Both the position numbers and the translations under genes were made by a program. Of a DNA stretch of 64,000 bases, positions 30,485-41,147 are shown one piece after another. Under the pieces are notes generated by a model. The model saw nothing but the letters and a program-made list of their open reading frames with translations, did not search any database and was not told the origin of the DNA. The first letter of the stretch is position 1. The number at the start of each line of letters is the position of its first letter. The DNA is from Candidatus Dormiibacterota bacterium (lineage in GTDB: Bacteria > Chloroflexota > Dormibacteria > Aeolococcales > Aeolococcaceae): positions 163,569 through 227,568 of the forward strand of contig CAVYGR010000008.1 of assembly GCA_963768105.1 (NCBI GenBank). Direction: 5' to 3'.

Positions 30485-32140
30485 ATGCGGACCAAGCGCC
30501 TGATTACCGCAGCGAGCGCGATCCTTGTCGCGGGGGGTGTGGCTTGCGATCCGGCTCCCCCCAAGAACGCTTTGTGCGTTGGTAGCGAGTCGGGCTGTTA
30601 CTCAACGCTCAAACCGGCGATCGCTGCAGCCCACGCGGGCAACACGATCCGGATCGGCCCGGGCACGTTCGCGGGCGGAGTGACCGTGAAGGTGAGCGTC
30701 ACCATCATCGGCGCAGGGACGAGTTCGACCATCATCCGGGGAGGGAACAGCGTGCTGACGATCGGCACGTACGAAGCGCCGACTGAGCCGACGGTCTCGA
30801 TCGCCGGTGTGACGATCACCGGCGGTGTGACTCGCTCGAGCCCCCACGCGAATCCCGGGGTTGGAATCGCGAGCTACTCCGGTGTCATCGCGCAAGGCGG
30901 GGGCATCGAGATACCCCAGTCATCGGCTGGTAGGGGCGCCACCGTGACCATCACGAACAGCGTCATCACCGGCAACCGGGTCGCACCCAGCCGCGCTCTA
31001 TCAGTCGGACCCCCGTGCCCAGGCAACGTCAATTGCCCTTATGCCGAAGCAGACGGGGGCGGAATCGACAACTGGGGTACGTTAACACTTGCACACAGCA
31101 CCGTCAGCGACAACCTGGTCGGCTCCGCCTCTGGCCTGTCAACGCTTGCCAGCAACGCGGTCGGAGGCGGCATCATGGTCGAGCCGACGGGCACCCTCGT
31201 GGTCACCGATTCCGTGATCAGCGACAACCACGCCAGCGCGACCGCGCCCAACGGTCGCTACGCCAAATCCGGCGGTATCTGGGTCGAGGGCGCCGCATCG
31301 CTGACGATGAACCACGACTGGGTCACGAACAACAGCGCCGAGCTCTCGGCGGCGTTCCGAAACAGCGTTACGGCACTGGCGCAAGCGGGCGGCGTCGGCC
31401 TCGGCGGTGACAGTTGCGCCGCGTCAATATCCCAATGCCCTTCGGCCACGATCCGCAACACGACGATCGCGGGCAACCGCGTCAGTGCCACGAATACTGT
31501 CGGTGATGCTAGCGCCTCCGCGGGTGGCCTCGTCTCCGGCGGCCCGATCGCGCTCCTGTCCAACGACACCATCAGCGGCAACAGCGTCAGCGCGACGACG
31601 CCGCCAGGTTCATCGGGCAATGCTTTTGCCAACTCGGGCGGCGGCTCATTCGGTGCCACCCCGGTCCGCGACACACGTGTCACCGGCAACAGTGTCGAGG
31701 CCACGTCATGGGCAGGGACCGCCCAGGCCGTCGGCGGAGCCTTTGCTCTCGGCACCAACCCGCTGACCACCATCAGCAACAGCGTCATCAGCGACAACCG
31801 CCTGGACGCAACGACCACCAGCGGCTCCGCGATCGTCGAGGGCGGTGGCATCCAGAATGGCGAGCTACTGGCGTTGCAAAACACACTCGTCGAGAACAAC
31901 ACCGGAACCGCGCGGGGTCCGAAGGGAAAATCCCAGGGCGGCGGCATCTGGACCGGCTCGGCCTTCGGCTCTGTACCGCCAAGACAACTCACGCTGGCCG
32001 GTAGCACGCTTTCGGGCAACGCGCTGACAGCGAGCGGAGGCATCACAGCGCAGGGCGGAGGTCTCTACACCACCGTTCAGGTGACGCTGACCAACAGCAC
32101 CACCGCTCGCAACCTGCCCGACCAGTGCTTTGGATGTTGA
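30485..32140 (+). CDS. Secreted right-handed beta-helix (Pmp-like GGGI repeat) protein
   Basis: Signal peptide/VAC; repeated GGGI...TITNSVITGN motifs; C-terminal NLPDQCFGC. Confidence 0.78.
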   Translation: MRTKRLITAASAILVAGGVACDPAPPKNALCVGSESGCYSTLKPAIAAAHAGNTIRIGPGTFAGGVTVKVSVTIIGAGTSSTIIRGGNSVLTIGTYEAPTEPTVSIAGVTITGGVTRSSPHANPGVGIASYSGVIAQGGGIEIPQSSAGRGATVTITNSVITGNRVAPSRALSVGPPCPGNVNCPYAEADGGGIDNWGTLTLAHSTVSDNLVGSASGLSTLASNAVGGGIMVEPTGTLVVTDSVISDNHASATAPNGRYAKSGGIWVEGAASLTMNHDWVTNNSAELSAAFRNSVTALAQAGGVGLGGDSCAASISQCPSATIRNTTIAGNRVSATNTVGDASASAGGLVSGGPIALLSNDTISGNSVSATTPPGSSGNAFANSGGGSFGATPVRDTRVTGNSVEATSWAGTAQAVGGAFALGTNPLTTISNSVISDNRLDATTTSGSAIVEGGGIQNGELLALQNTLVENNTGTARGPKGKSQGGGIWTGSAFGSVPPRQLTLAGSTLSGNALTASGGITAQGGGLYTTVQVTLTNSTTARNLPDQCFGC

Positions 32141-32237
32141 CCGATGTTTGCGCACGGAACGTCTCCGCGGTGAGGTGGCACCTCACGACGCACACCGACA
32201 CCTTCCCTCGGGGGCCGGACTGGAGTACCGCACCGTG

Positions 32238-33476
32238 ATGCCACGCCTGCAGACGCCGGAATCGCTAAGCCGGTGGAGAGCGATGGTTGTCCTTGCGGCT
32301 GTCGTCGTGGGCCTGGGCGTCGTGTCATGGCTGGTCACCGGACGTATTGGTCGCGCGGGGCCGCCGCCAGCGACCTCTTCCCCGATCGTCAGGACATCGC
32401 CATCACCATTCGGATCATTGCCGGATGTCGGCACTTTGTCCGGGGTTGCATGCGTGAACGCTGGAGATTGTTGGGCGGTTGGCAACGCCACCCACCCGCC
32501 ACCGCTGATCGTGCATTACACAGGGAACGGCTGGGCCCTCGTTCATACCACCAACCCCAGCTTCGGTCAGTTGATTGGGGTGACATGCGTAAGCGCTGGA
32601 GATTGTTGGGCGGTTGGCAACTCCGTGGACGATGGCGGCGCCGGAGCCACCCGACCGCTGATCGAGCATTACACGGGGAGTCGCTGGGCCCCCGTCGCCG
32701 CCCCCGATCCGAGCCTCGGCCCGAACGTCGTGCTGAATGGGGTGGCTTGCGTGGGCGCTGGGGATTGTTGGGCGGTAGGCGACTCCGGCAACGCCAGCCT
32801 CACCCGCCCACTGATCGAGCATTACACCGGGAGTCGCTGGGCCGTGGTCGGCACTCGCCACCCGAGTTCAGACCCATTCGTTGTGCTGAATGGGGTGGCC
32901 TGCGTGAGTGATGGGGAGTGCTGGGCGGTTGGCTACTTCGGCAACGCCGGCGTCACCCGCCCACTGATCGAGCAGTACACGGGGAGACGCTGGGTCATCG
33001 TCGACGCCCCCAACCCCAGCCCAGGCCCGTTTGTCGCGCTGAATGGAGTGACCTGTATGACCAGGGACTGCTGGGCGGTTGGCTCCTCGAGCATCGGCAA
33101 CCCGACGCTGCTCGAGCACCTCACCGGAAGCACGTGGGCAATCGGCGCCAACTCCGGTGTGGGAGTCTCGTTAGGGGTGAGCTGTGCGAGCGCTGCGGAC
33201 TGCTGGGCGGTTGGCGACACCCAGCAACCATCCATTGCCGCAGGTCAGCCGCAGATCGCGCACTACGACGGGATCAGCTTGATCGCCGATAACGCCCCCA
33301 ACCCAGCTGACTTTGTAAGGGGCGAAACGGGGGCTGTCTTGAACGGAGTGTCCTGCGTGAGCGCCGCGGACTGCTGGGCCGTTGGCGGCGCCAACTCCGA
33401 CAGGGGAGGAACACTAATTGAACAGTTCACGGGGAGCAGCTGGCGCATCATCACCGCACTCAGCCAGGGACCGTGA
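32238..33476 (+). CDS. Membrane-anchored protein with 7 LxGVxC-x5-CWAVG repeats
   Basis: Seven ~50-aa repeats counted, N-terminal TM. Confidence 0.85.
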   Translation: MPRLQTPESLSRWRAMVVLAAVVVGLGVVSWLVTGRIGRAGPPPATSSPIVRTSPSPFGSLPDVGTLSGVACVNAGDCWAVGNATHPPPLIVHYTGNGWALVHTTNPSFGQLIGVTCVSAGDCWAVGNSVDDGGAGATRPLIEHYTGSRWAPVAAPDPSLGPNVVLNGVACVGAGDCWAVGDSGNASLTRPLIEHYTGSRWAVVGTRHPSSDPFVVLNGVACVSDGECWAVGYFGNAGVTRPLIEQYTGRRWVIVDAPNPSPGPFVALNGVTCMTRDCWAVGSSSIGNPTLLEHLTGSTWAIGANSGVGVSLGVSCASAADCWAVGDTQQPSIAAGQPQIAHYDGISLIADNAPNPADFVRGETGAVLNGVSCVSAADCWAVGGANSDRGGTLIEQFTGSSWRIITALSQGP

Positions 33477-33547
33477 GTAGGGTGGCGCCGGTGGTAACGC
33501 CCATGCTGCCCAATTCTGGCAACGCTTATCGGCGACCGGCTGACAGC

Positions 33548-35850
33548 ATGGACGCGTACGTCGAGCACACCGTGCAACTCCGGAGGCCCGCCGGCCGGCG
33601 AACAGATGCGCTTCGCAGTCACACCTTCGAGATCGCCGCCGTCCTGTCCGTCGCACTGATCGTGGCAACGTCGTGGGCGGTCCTCGCGGCGGGCTGGGTC
33701 AGGGGCGGAGGCGGCGCCGTGGTTGTCTCGGTCACATCGGTCATCGAGGCCGCCCTGCTTGCCCATGCGCATGCCCCGCGTATCGCCGCGGCAATCGCCG
33801 CCCCGTTTCTCGGCCTTGCCGCAATCGTCCCAACGACCCTGGCGGCAATGCCCTCAGTGTCGAGTCAGACGGTCGGCACGATCGCGGGGCACTACGAGCG
33901 AGCGCTGGTCAACGGACTCTCGTCAACCGAGGATTGGGACTTCACCGTCGGCCTGTGCGCGGTCCTGTTCGTCTGCGGCTACTGGCTCGGGTGGATGGTC
34001 CTCCGCGAGCACCGCGGCATCCTCGCGGTCATACCGATCTTTTCCGTTCTGGCCACCAACGTCGTCAACGCGCGGACCCCCGACTCGATCGCGGTGCCCG
34101 AGACGATCGCCGTCGGTCTTGCCCTCGCGGTGGTCGCCGCCGCGCACCTCGGATCGCTGAACGATCAATGGACGTCGTCGCGGATCACCGCGTTGGGGGA
34201 CCTCGGGTGGCGTTTTGGGACCAGCGCCGCCGGGGTCGCGGTCGTCGTGACGATCGTGGCGCTGCTCATACCGCCTGCCTCCCACATCGACATCTCGGCG
34301 CGGCTGTTTCCGCACGGGATCGGGAGCGGCACAGGTGGATCGGGAACGGGGACGACGACGTTGGGAGGTGCGTCCACGATCGGCTTCAACCCCGCGGTGC
34401 AGCTCGGGAGACAGTTGACCAGCCATCCTCAACTCGTGATGACATACTCCGTCAACACCTCCGTAGCGGTCTACATTCGCCTCGCTGACGACGTGGTGTT
34501 CAAAGACGGGGGGAATTGGGACCCCCAAATCGGCGACAGCGTCGCCGACACTGAGACATGGGGCGGTGTCGCGTATCAGGTCGGCCCACTCCCGCGAGAC
34601 TCACACCCGTCCGACGGCGGGGTCAGCGCGTATCAGCGGATCGTGACAGCGAACATCCTCATGCAGAACGGGGCTACCGGTGACCAGCCGTTGGCGCCGT
34701 TCGCCGGTGATCCTGCCGCCGTCAGCCACGCGGGCACCGCCTACGGCATTTTGAACCCCACTGATCGAAGTCAGCTGCTCACGGTCGACCAGGTCGTGCT
34801 CGATCGGAGCATCGCCGCCGGCACCGCTGTCCAGACCACTGCCTTCATCTCGACCGCAACCGAAGCCCAGCTCCGTGCCGCCGGAACTGACTATCCCGGA
34901 TGGACAAAGCCGTATATCTCACTCCCCGCCGCTGGCAGAAAGAGCGTGGCGACGATTCACAGCCTGGCGTTGGAGTGGACCCTCGCGGCAAAGAACCCGT
35001 ACGACAAGGCGATCGCCATCGAGACGCACCTGCGGGGCTTTCAGTACACGCTGAACCCGACCCAGCCGTCCGATCCCGCAGTCTGGCCGCTCGTGTACTT
35101 CCTGACGGTGAGTCACCAGGGCTACTGCCAGTACTTCGCGTCTGCGATGGGGTCGATGCTCCGCACTCTCGGCATCCCGACGCGTCTCGTCAGTGGGTAC
35201 GGCCCCGGGACAAGCGCACAGAACGGACGCCAAGGTCAGCGACAGCAGGTGGTGACCACGAGCGACGCCCACGACTGGGTTGAGGCTTCCCCGGCTATGG
35301 ATGGATCCCGTTCGAGCCGACCCCCCCGTCCGTCCAGGGTAACTACGAGCCGTTCTTGCGGGGACAGCGGGCGGTGACCGGCGCCAATCGGGGGCCGCTG
35401 GCGAGCGCAAAGGCGGTCCCGACGACGAAACCAGGAACCCTGCCCGGTCCCAGTATTCCGCTTGCCACACGTCCCGGCGCGAATTCGGGAGTCCCAGGGC
35501 CGGTGCTGATCTCACTCGCGATGCTCGGTGGGGTCGTTGCGCTGATCGCAGCCGCACTGCTCTGGCTGGCGCTGCCCCGCTCGACGGCCGGCGCCTGGCG
35601 GCGCGTGGAGGCGCTCGGGGAACTGTCGGGAATGGACAGGCGAGCAGCCGAAACGCACAGGGCATTCGCCGCGCGCCTCGCGCACGCCCGACCGCGCGCC
35701 GGCCCATCACTCAGCGAGCTCGCGACGGTCACGGCGCGCGCGGAGTTCAGCGCGACCCGTGTTTCGCCGAGTGAACGCGCGCACGCGCTCCGGACTTGGC
35801 GCAGGGCACTGATAGAGGCTGCGTTACCGCCGGGGAAATCTCCACGCTGA
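33548..35850 (+). CDS. TgpA-like membrane transglutaminase-domain protein (frameshift ~35287)
   Basis: Multi-TM N-terminus, [41 protein letters not shown]-terminal TM. Confidence 0.85.
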
Positions 35851-35950
35851 GCAAGGCGTAACCGACGAGCAGTCGATCATCGCCTGGGCGCGCAAAGGGG
35901 GCGCCCGCTGCGCAGCGGCTCGGACTCCGACCTCAGATCACCTGGATTGC

Positions 35951-37105
35951 TCACCACTTCTCGATCAGGGTCTGCGAGTACGACGCCATGTTGTAGTAAT
36001 ACCCGTCGGCCATGCAGAACGAGGTGCTCGTGCAGCTCACGGCGTCGAGCTCGCCGGTTCCACCACTGTTGGCGTTGTTGGGTGAGCTCACGAGGCTCCA
36101 ACTGCTCCCGTTCCACTTCTCGATGAGAGTTGCGCTATTGGTGCCGGCGGCCATGCAAAACTTGGGGCCCACGCAGCTCACGCCATAGAGGAAGTTCTCC
36201 TGGTTCGCGATCCGGTTGGGCGACGCGACCAGGCTCCAGCTGGTCCCGTTCCACTTCTCGATCAGAGTGCTCGCGTAGGCGTAGTAGCCGGCGGCCATGC
36301 AGAAGCCGCCGGTGCCGGTACAGCTCACGCCGTAGAGAGAATTGTCCTGCGTGCCACGGTTGGGTGAGCTGATAATGGCCCAGCTGCTCCCGTTCCACTT
36401 CTCGATCAGGGTCTGATTGATGCTGCCGTTGAGGTAGTAGCCGGCGGCCATGCAGAACATGCTGCTGACGCAGCTCACACCACCCTTGAGGAAGTTGTCC
36501 TGGGTGCTGCTGGTATTGGGCGAGGGCACGAGGGTCCAGCTGCCGGCGCTCCACTTCTCGATCAGGGTCTGCCAATTCGTGCCGTTGAAATACCGGCCGG
36601 TGGCCATGCAGAACGCGGTGCTGACACAGCTCGCCTTGCCAAGGTAATTGTCCTCGCTGGGGCTGGTGTTGATCGAACTCAGCACGCTCCATTTGCTGCC
36701 GTTCCAGTTCTCGATCAGGGTCTGGTAGTTCGTGCCGTTGTAGGAGTCGCCGACGGCCATACAGAAGCTGCCGCTGAAGCAGCTCACACCGTTGAACTCG
36801 TCGTCCTGGGTGCTGCTGACGTCGACCGAGGCGACCACATTCCAGCTGGTCCCATTCCACTTCTCGGCGAGAGTCCGCTCAACCATTGTTGTGTGGTAGT
36901 AGCCGACCGCCATGCAGAAGCCGCTGCCGACGCAACTCACGCCGCTGAGCGTGTTGTTCAGAGTACTGGTGCTGCTGATGTTGGGCGAGCTCACCAGGGT
37001 CCAGTGAGGCGTTGCTGCTTGTGCCACGCCGCCGGTCAGCACCAAGGCGGTGACCGCTGCCGCAATGCCGCCAACCAGCGCCCGCCGCGGGCGTGATCGA
37101 CTCAT
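35951..37105 (-). CDS. Secreted protein with 7 GVSC-x5-CMAxG...TLIEKWNG repeats
   Basis: Signal peptide AQA-A and seven repeats, also visible at DNA level. Confidence 0.88.
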   Translation of the reverse strand: MSRSRPRRALVGGIAAAVTALVLTGGVAQAATPHWTLVSSPNISSTSTLNNTLSGVSCVGSGFCMAVGYYHTTMVERTLAEKWNGTSWNVVASVDVSSTQDDEFNGVSCFSGSFCMAVGDSYNGTNYQTLIENWNGSKWSVLSSINTSPSEDNYLGKASCVSTAFCMATGRYFNGTNWQTLIEKWSAGSWTLVPSPNTSSTQDNFLKGGVSCVSSMFCMAAGYYLNGSINQTLIEKWNGSSWAIISSPNRGTQDNSLYGVSCTGTGGFCMAAGYYAYASTLIEKWNGTSWSLVASPNRIANQENFLYGVSCVGPKFCMAAGTNSATLIEKWNGSSWSLVSSPNNANSGGTGELDAVSCTSTSFCMADGYYYNMASYSQTLIEKW

Positions 37106-37282
37106 TCCCTGATCCCCGTCGAAGCCGGCTGGCGAATCGGCCTTCAGCGTTGCGGCACCAGTCCGACCGCGACCATGCATGGCGCCCCCCTGACTGCGAA
37201 CTGGCTGACAGCGCGAGAGCCGATTGGTTCGCGACGATCCGGATGATAGCGCCGGAGACCGTGATTGCGTCGCTCGACGCGC

Positions 37283-37441
37283 TCAGGCCTCCTCGGCCAT
37301 CGCCATGAGGTCGTCCTTGCTCACCTCGCCGACCAGGTCGGGATGATCGCTCCGCATGTGGCGCTCGATGACCTGGGCCGCCTCATCCGCGGTCTCTCCC
37401 CGACCGACGAACCCGCACTGACAGATGATCTGTTTGGCCAT
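37283..37441 (-). CDS. DUF1059-like small metal-binding protein
   Basis: MAKQIICQCGF...HMRSDH; GGAGG RBS. Confidence 0.8.
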   Translation of the reverse strand: MAKQIICQCGFVGRGETADEAAQVIERHMRSDHPDLVGEVSKDDLMAMAEEA

Positions 37442-37518
37442 GGCACCTGCCTCCCTATGTGTGTCGCGCGCCATTGGGGCGAAGGGTCGCACTTTCTGAC
37501 ATTCTCCTTGCCGCAACC

Positions 37519-38283
37519 TTGACGCAGCAGCCCTCGACTCGAATCCAGATCTGCGGACGCCTCGCGGTCGAGATCGCCGGCCGCAGTGTCACCGACCTCA
37601 TCCCGCGACGCCAGGGCCGCGTCCTGTTCACCTACCTCGTGCTCAGCCGCCATCACCATACGAGCCGCGACCAGCTCATCGACGCGCTCTGGGCGGCGTC
37701 CGTGCCTCCCGACGCCGAGGGCGCGCTCAGCTCCGTTCTCTCCCGGCTGCGACACGCCATCGGCATGGACGCGCTGGCGGGCCGCGGCGAAGTCCGGCTG
37801 ATCCTGCCGCCTGACGCGTGGATCGACTTCGAGGCCGCCGAGGAGGCGCTCCATCGCGCCGAGTTGGCGATCGCCCAGCGCCAGTGGGCCCGGGCATGGG
37901 GCCCGGCCCTCGTCGCCCTATTCGCCGCGCGCCGAGGATTCCTCAACGGTGAGGACGCCCCGTGGATCGAAGCGTCTCGGCGGCGGCTCGAGGACATCCG
38001 CTGCTCGGCACTCGAGTGCTACGCGGCGTCCACGCTCGGCCTTGCGGGAACGGAGCTGCACGTCGGCGAGCGGACCGCTCGGGAGTTGATCGAGCTCGCG
38101 CCCTATCGCGAATCCGGATACCGCCTGCTCATGGAGATCCTGGCCGCCCGCGGCAACATCGCCGAGGCACTCCGCGTCTACGAGGAGCTGCGGAGCCTGC
38201 TGCGCGAGGAGCTCGGTGCGACCCCGAGCCCCCCGATCCAGGCGCTCCAGCTCCGGCTGCTGAAGGCGGCGGACTCGCCTTGA
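37519..38283 (+). CDS. SARP/AfsR-type (wHTH + BTAD) transcriptional regulator
   Basis: SRDQLIDALW, LSRLR, PYRESGYRLLM, LREELGATPS. Confidence 0.88.
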   Translation: MTQQPSTRIQICGRLAVEIAGRSVTDLIPRRQGRVLFTYLVLSRHHHTSRDQLIDALWAASVPPDAEGALSSVLSRLRHAIGMDALAGRGEVRLILPPDAWIDFEAAEEALHRAELAIAQRQWARAWGPALVALFAARRGFLNGEDAPWIEASRRRLEDIRCSALECYAASTLGLAGTELHVGERTARELIELAPYRESGYRLLMEILAARGNIAEALRVYEELRSLLREELGATPSPPIQALQLRLLKAADSP

Positions 38284-38329
38284 TGCTTTTGAAGTTGGTT
38301 GCCTGACCGGCGCATGCCTTTGACGATCA

Positions 38330-38350
38330 TGTGACCACAGTGTGGCCACA
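38330..38350. promoter_or_regulatory. Tandem palindromic operator of the TA operon
   Basis: TGTGACCACA-G-TGTGGCCACA upstream of the antitoxin. Confidence 0.65.
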
Positions 38351-38382
38351 AGGGTGAAGGGGATCGGCTAACCTACTCAGCC

Positions 38383-38625
38383 ATGCGAAATGTAGGCGTC
38401 CGTGACTTTCGCGACCACGCGACCAGATACCTGTCCGGCGACGAACCGCTCGCGGTGGAGCGACACGGAAAGGTGATCGGCCTCTACTTCCCGGTGAGGG
38501 CCGACAAGGACGAGGCTCGACGAGCTCTAGATCGCATCGATACGACGGTCGACGAGTTGCTCGCCCGGACCGGAATGTCGGAGCAGGAATTCGCTGACGC
38601 TCTCGAGACCGAGCCGCCCGATTGA
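38383..38625 (+). CDS. Phd/YefM-like antitoxin
   Basis: MRNVGVRDFRDH...LAVERHGKVIG; acidic C-terminus. Confidence 0.78.
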   Translation: MRNVGVRDFRDHATRYLSGDEPLAVERHGKVIGLYFPVRADKDEARRALDRIDTTVDELLARTGMSEQEFADALETEPPD

Positions 38626-39111
38626 GGCTTGTCCTTGACGCCGCCGCGGGCGTGCGTCAGGTACTTTCCCGTCGCCGGCCGCGGCTGCTTGTGCACTCGT
38701 CGCTCCAGCTGCTCATGCCCGAGCATTGCCTTGATGAATCCATACGAGTTCATCCGCTCGCGAATCGCTGATCGCGCGGGCGCAGGCGTGCTCGACGCTG
38801 AGACCGCAGCCGTGCTTCGTACCGAAGGGGAATCTGCTTTGCGCGCCGCTGCCACCGTCATTCCTGCGGCTGTGTACGGTACGCGTGAAGCGGATGCGCA
38901 GCAGCGGCTGGAAGGCCACTGTGCTTTCGACGACTGGCCGTCGGTGGCGCTCGCGTTGGCGCTTGCCCGGGAATGCGACGGGATCTGGACCGATGATCGC
39001 GATTACTTTGGCACGGGAATCGCGATTTGGTCGACCGACGCCCTGAGGCGCGTGCTTTTCAACCTTTCCTGGGGTGTCGTGATCGGGGCCGACCCGAGCG
39101 GATCGCGGTGA
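38622..39111 (+). CDS. PIN-domain toxin (frameshift ~38740)
   Basis: TTG overlapping the antitoxin stop gives LRLVLDA; downstream frame has DDWPSVALAL and IWTDDRDYFG. Confidence 0.75.
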
Positions 39112-39134
39112 GCCGTCAGCTCTGACTCGCCGGC

Positions 39135-40094
39135 TCAGCCCTGGCTGAAGGTGATCGGGTCGCGAGCGCTGCGATCGACCGCGAGCTGGAAGACGTCCGG
39201 CCGGCTGTAGTGGCCAGTCACATCAAGGGTCCGCCGCGCCGCCGCAGCGCTCGCCGGATCGATGTCGGCGAAGAGCAGCCCCTGTTCGGCGTGAAGCGGT
39301 CCCGCGACGATCATCCCGCCGGGGGCGATCACGATCGAGTCGCCCGGGTTGATCCACTCCTCGGCGTCGGGGAACAGTTGCTCCCGGCCGGGGAACGACG
39401 CCGGCACGTCCGACCCGCGAAGCGCGCAGCCCGACCCCAGCACCCAGCATCGCCCCTCGGCGGCGATGTGGCGCAGGGTGGCGATCCACGTCTCACCCTC
39501 GTCCCAGGTGGAGGCGACGTACACCTCCACGCCCTCGGCGTACAGGGTGTAGCGCGCCAGCGGCATGTAGTTCTCCCAGCAGATGAGCGTCCCGATGCGC
39601 CCGGTCGACGTCTGGGTAACCCGCAGCCCGGTGGCGTCGCCCTGTCCCCAGACCATCCGCTCGGGATTGGTGGGGACCAACTTCCGGTGCCGGTTGAGGA
39701 TCCTGCCGTTGGCGCCGATGGTGACTAGCGTGTTGTACAGCGTCGCCCGACCGAACGCTCCCTCGCGCTCGTGCACCCCGCAGACCACCACGAGGCCGAG
39801 CTCGGCGGCCGCCTCCCGCAGTGGGCGCAGGCCGTCGGCGGCGAGATCGATGCTGTTGTCCACGAGGCGGCGGTGGATCTCGCCGGTCAGATCGTGGTCA
39901 GCATCAGGGCGAAGCCGCCAGATCCACGCCGGGTACCCGGGCACGAAGGTTTCCGGAAAGACGGCAAGCGTCGCACCGCCCTCGGCGGCGGCGCGCAGGT
40001 GGGTGACCGCGGCCGCGAGGGTCGCCTCCCGGTCGAGTAGCACCGGCGGCTCCTGGACGATCGCCACTCGCACGTCGCCACTCGTGGTTGCCAT
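39135..40094 (-). CDS. Nitrilase (carbon-nitrogen hydrolase)
   Basis: FPETFVPGYP, HRKLVPT, LICWEN (E-K-C triad); ATG at 40094. Confidence 0.93.
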   Translation of the reverse strand: MATTSGDVRVAIVQEPPVLLDREATLAAAVTHLRAAAEGGATLAVFPETFVPGYPAWIWRLRPDADHDLTGEIHRRLVDNSIDLAADGLRPLREAAAELGLVVVCGVHEREGAFGRATLYNTLVTIGANGRILNRHRKLVPTNPERMVWGQGDATGLRVTQTSTGRIGTLICWENYMPLARYTLYAEGVEVYVASTWDEGETWIATLRHIAAEGRCWVLGSGCALRGSDVPASFPGREQLFPDAEEWINPGDSIVIAPGGMIVAGPLHAEQGLLFADIDPASAAAARRTLDVTGHYSRPDVFQLAVDRSARDPITFSQG

Positions 40095-40130
40095 GAGCTG
40101 ACTATAGGGATCGGCCGATCGAGACACCGC

Positions 40131-41147
40131 GTGAAGGTCGACCTCGATACCCGTCCGAAAGGACGCCTCTCGTACCCTGCCCGGGTGTCCTGGCAGACCT
40201 CTCGACTTGCCCGATGCGCCGGCGCGGCCGTGGCGGTCGCGGCCCTCCTCGCAGGCTGCACGAGCAGCCCAGTCGCCACGACGCCCAGTCCCAGTCCCAG
40301 TCCCGTCCCCTCCCCGACGGCGTTGACCCATCTGTCCATACCGACGCCTCCGGGACTCGCGGCGACCTCGCTCGCCGGCTGCCCCGCCGCCGTCGATGTC
40401 GGAGCCCTGCACCTCGTGCACCACTTCACGGTGTCGCCCGATGACGCAGCCGTCGACTCCACCGGCCGCATCTGGATCACCGCGCGCGAGGCCAATCTCG
40501 CCTTCAGCCTCAACGCCGACGGCAGCGGGATCCAGAGCCGCGCCGTCGGCGGTGGCCCGGAAGGTGTCGCGATCGACGGCGCGCGGGTCCTGATCGCACA
40601 GCAGAACGTCAACGCGATCGCGGTGATCGCTCCCACACGGTCCACGCTGGTCACGTTTCCCAACCACACCGCCAACGCGGGCATCGACGGCATCGCCATC
40701 GACACCACGACCCAGCGCCTGCTCGTCCCCGACAGCCCGACCGGCCAGCTGTTCGCGGTACCGCTCTCGGGACCGCCTACGCCGGTGCTGCTCGCAAGCC
40801 ACCTGGGTCGCCCGGTGGCGGCCGCGGTCGACGCAGCCGGCAACATTTTCGTGGCCAGTGAGTCCACCCCAGGGCTGGTCATGATCACCCCGGCCGGATC
40901 TCGGAAGACCGTCGGCCATTTCACGTACCTCGACGAGGTGGTCGCCTACGCCGGCCTCCTCTACGTCACGGAGCTCGACCGGCGCGATGTGGTGGCGGTC
41001 GATCCCGCCACCGGGGCGTCCGTCCCGATCGCGGTGCACCTTCCCGCCCCGCAGGGACTGGCGGTCACCGCCGCCGGGGTGCTCGAGATCGTCGATGCCA
41101 CCACCAACTCGCTGTACGCTCTGCCCGCATGCCGCGCAGGGGGATGA
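40131..41147 (+). CDS. NHL/SMP-30-like beta-propeller lipoprotein
   Basis: LLAGC lipobox, PS linker, PDDAAVD/PEGVAID/PQGLAVT repeats. Confidence 0.72.
   Translation: MKVDLDTRPKGRLSYPARVSWQTSRLARCAGAAVAVAALLAGCTSSPVATTPSPSPSPVPSPTALTHLSIPTPPGLAATSLAGCPAAVDVGALHLVHHFTVSPDDAAVDSTGRIWITAREANLAFSLNADGSGIQSRAVGGGPEGVAIDGARVLIAQQNVNAIAVIAPTRSTLVTFPNHTANAGIDGIAIDTTTQRLLVPDSPTGQLFAVPLSGPPTPVLLASHLGRPVAAAVDAAGNIFVASESTPGLVMITPAGSRKTVGHFTYLDEVVAYAGLLYVTELDRRDVVAVDPATGASVPIAVHLPAPQGLAVTAAGVLEIVDATTNSLYALPACRAGG

Noticed and set aside
32440-36960. DNA repeats as CRISPR or mobile repeats
   Set aside because: They are in-frame coding repeats of propeller blades
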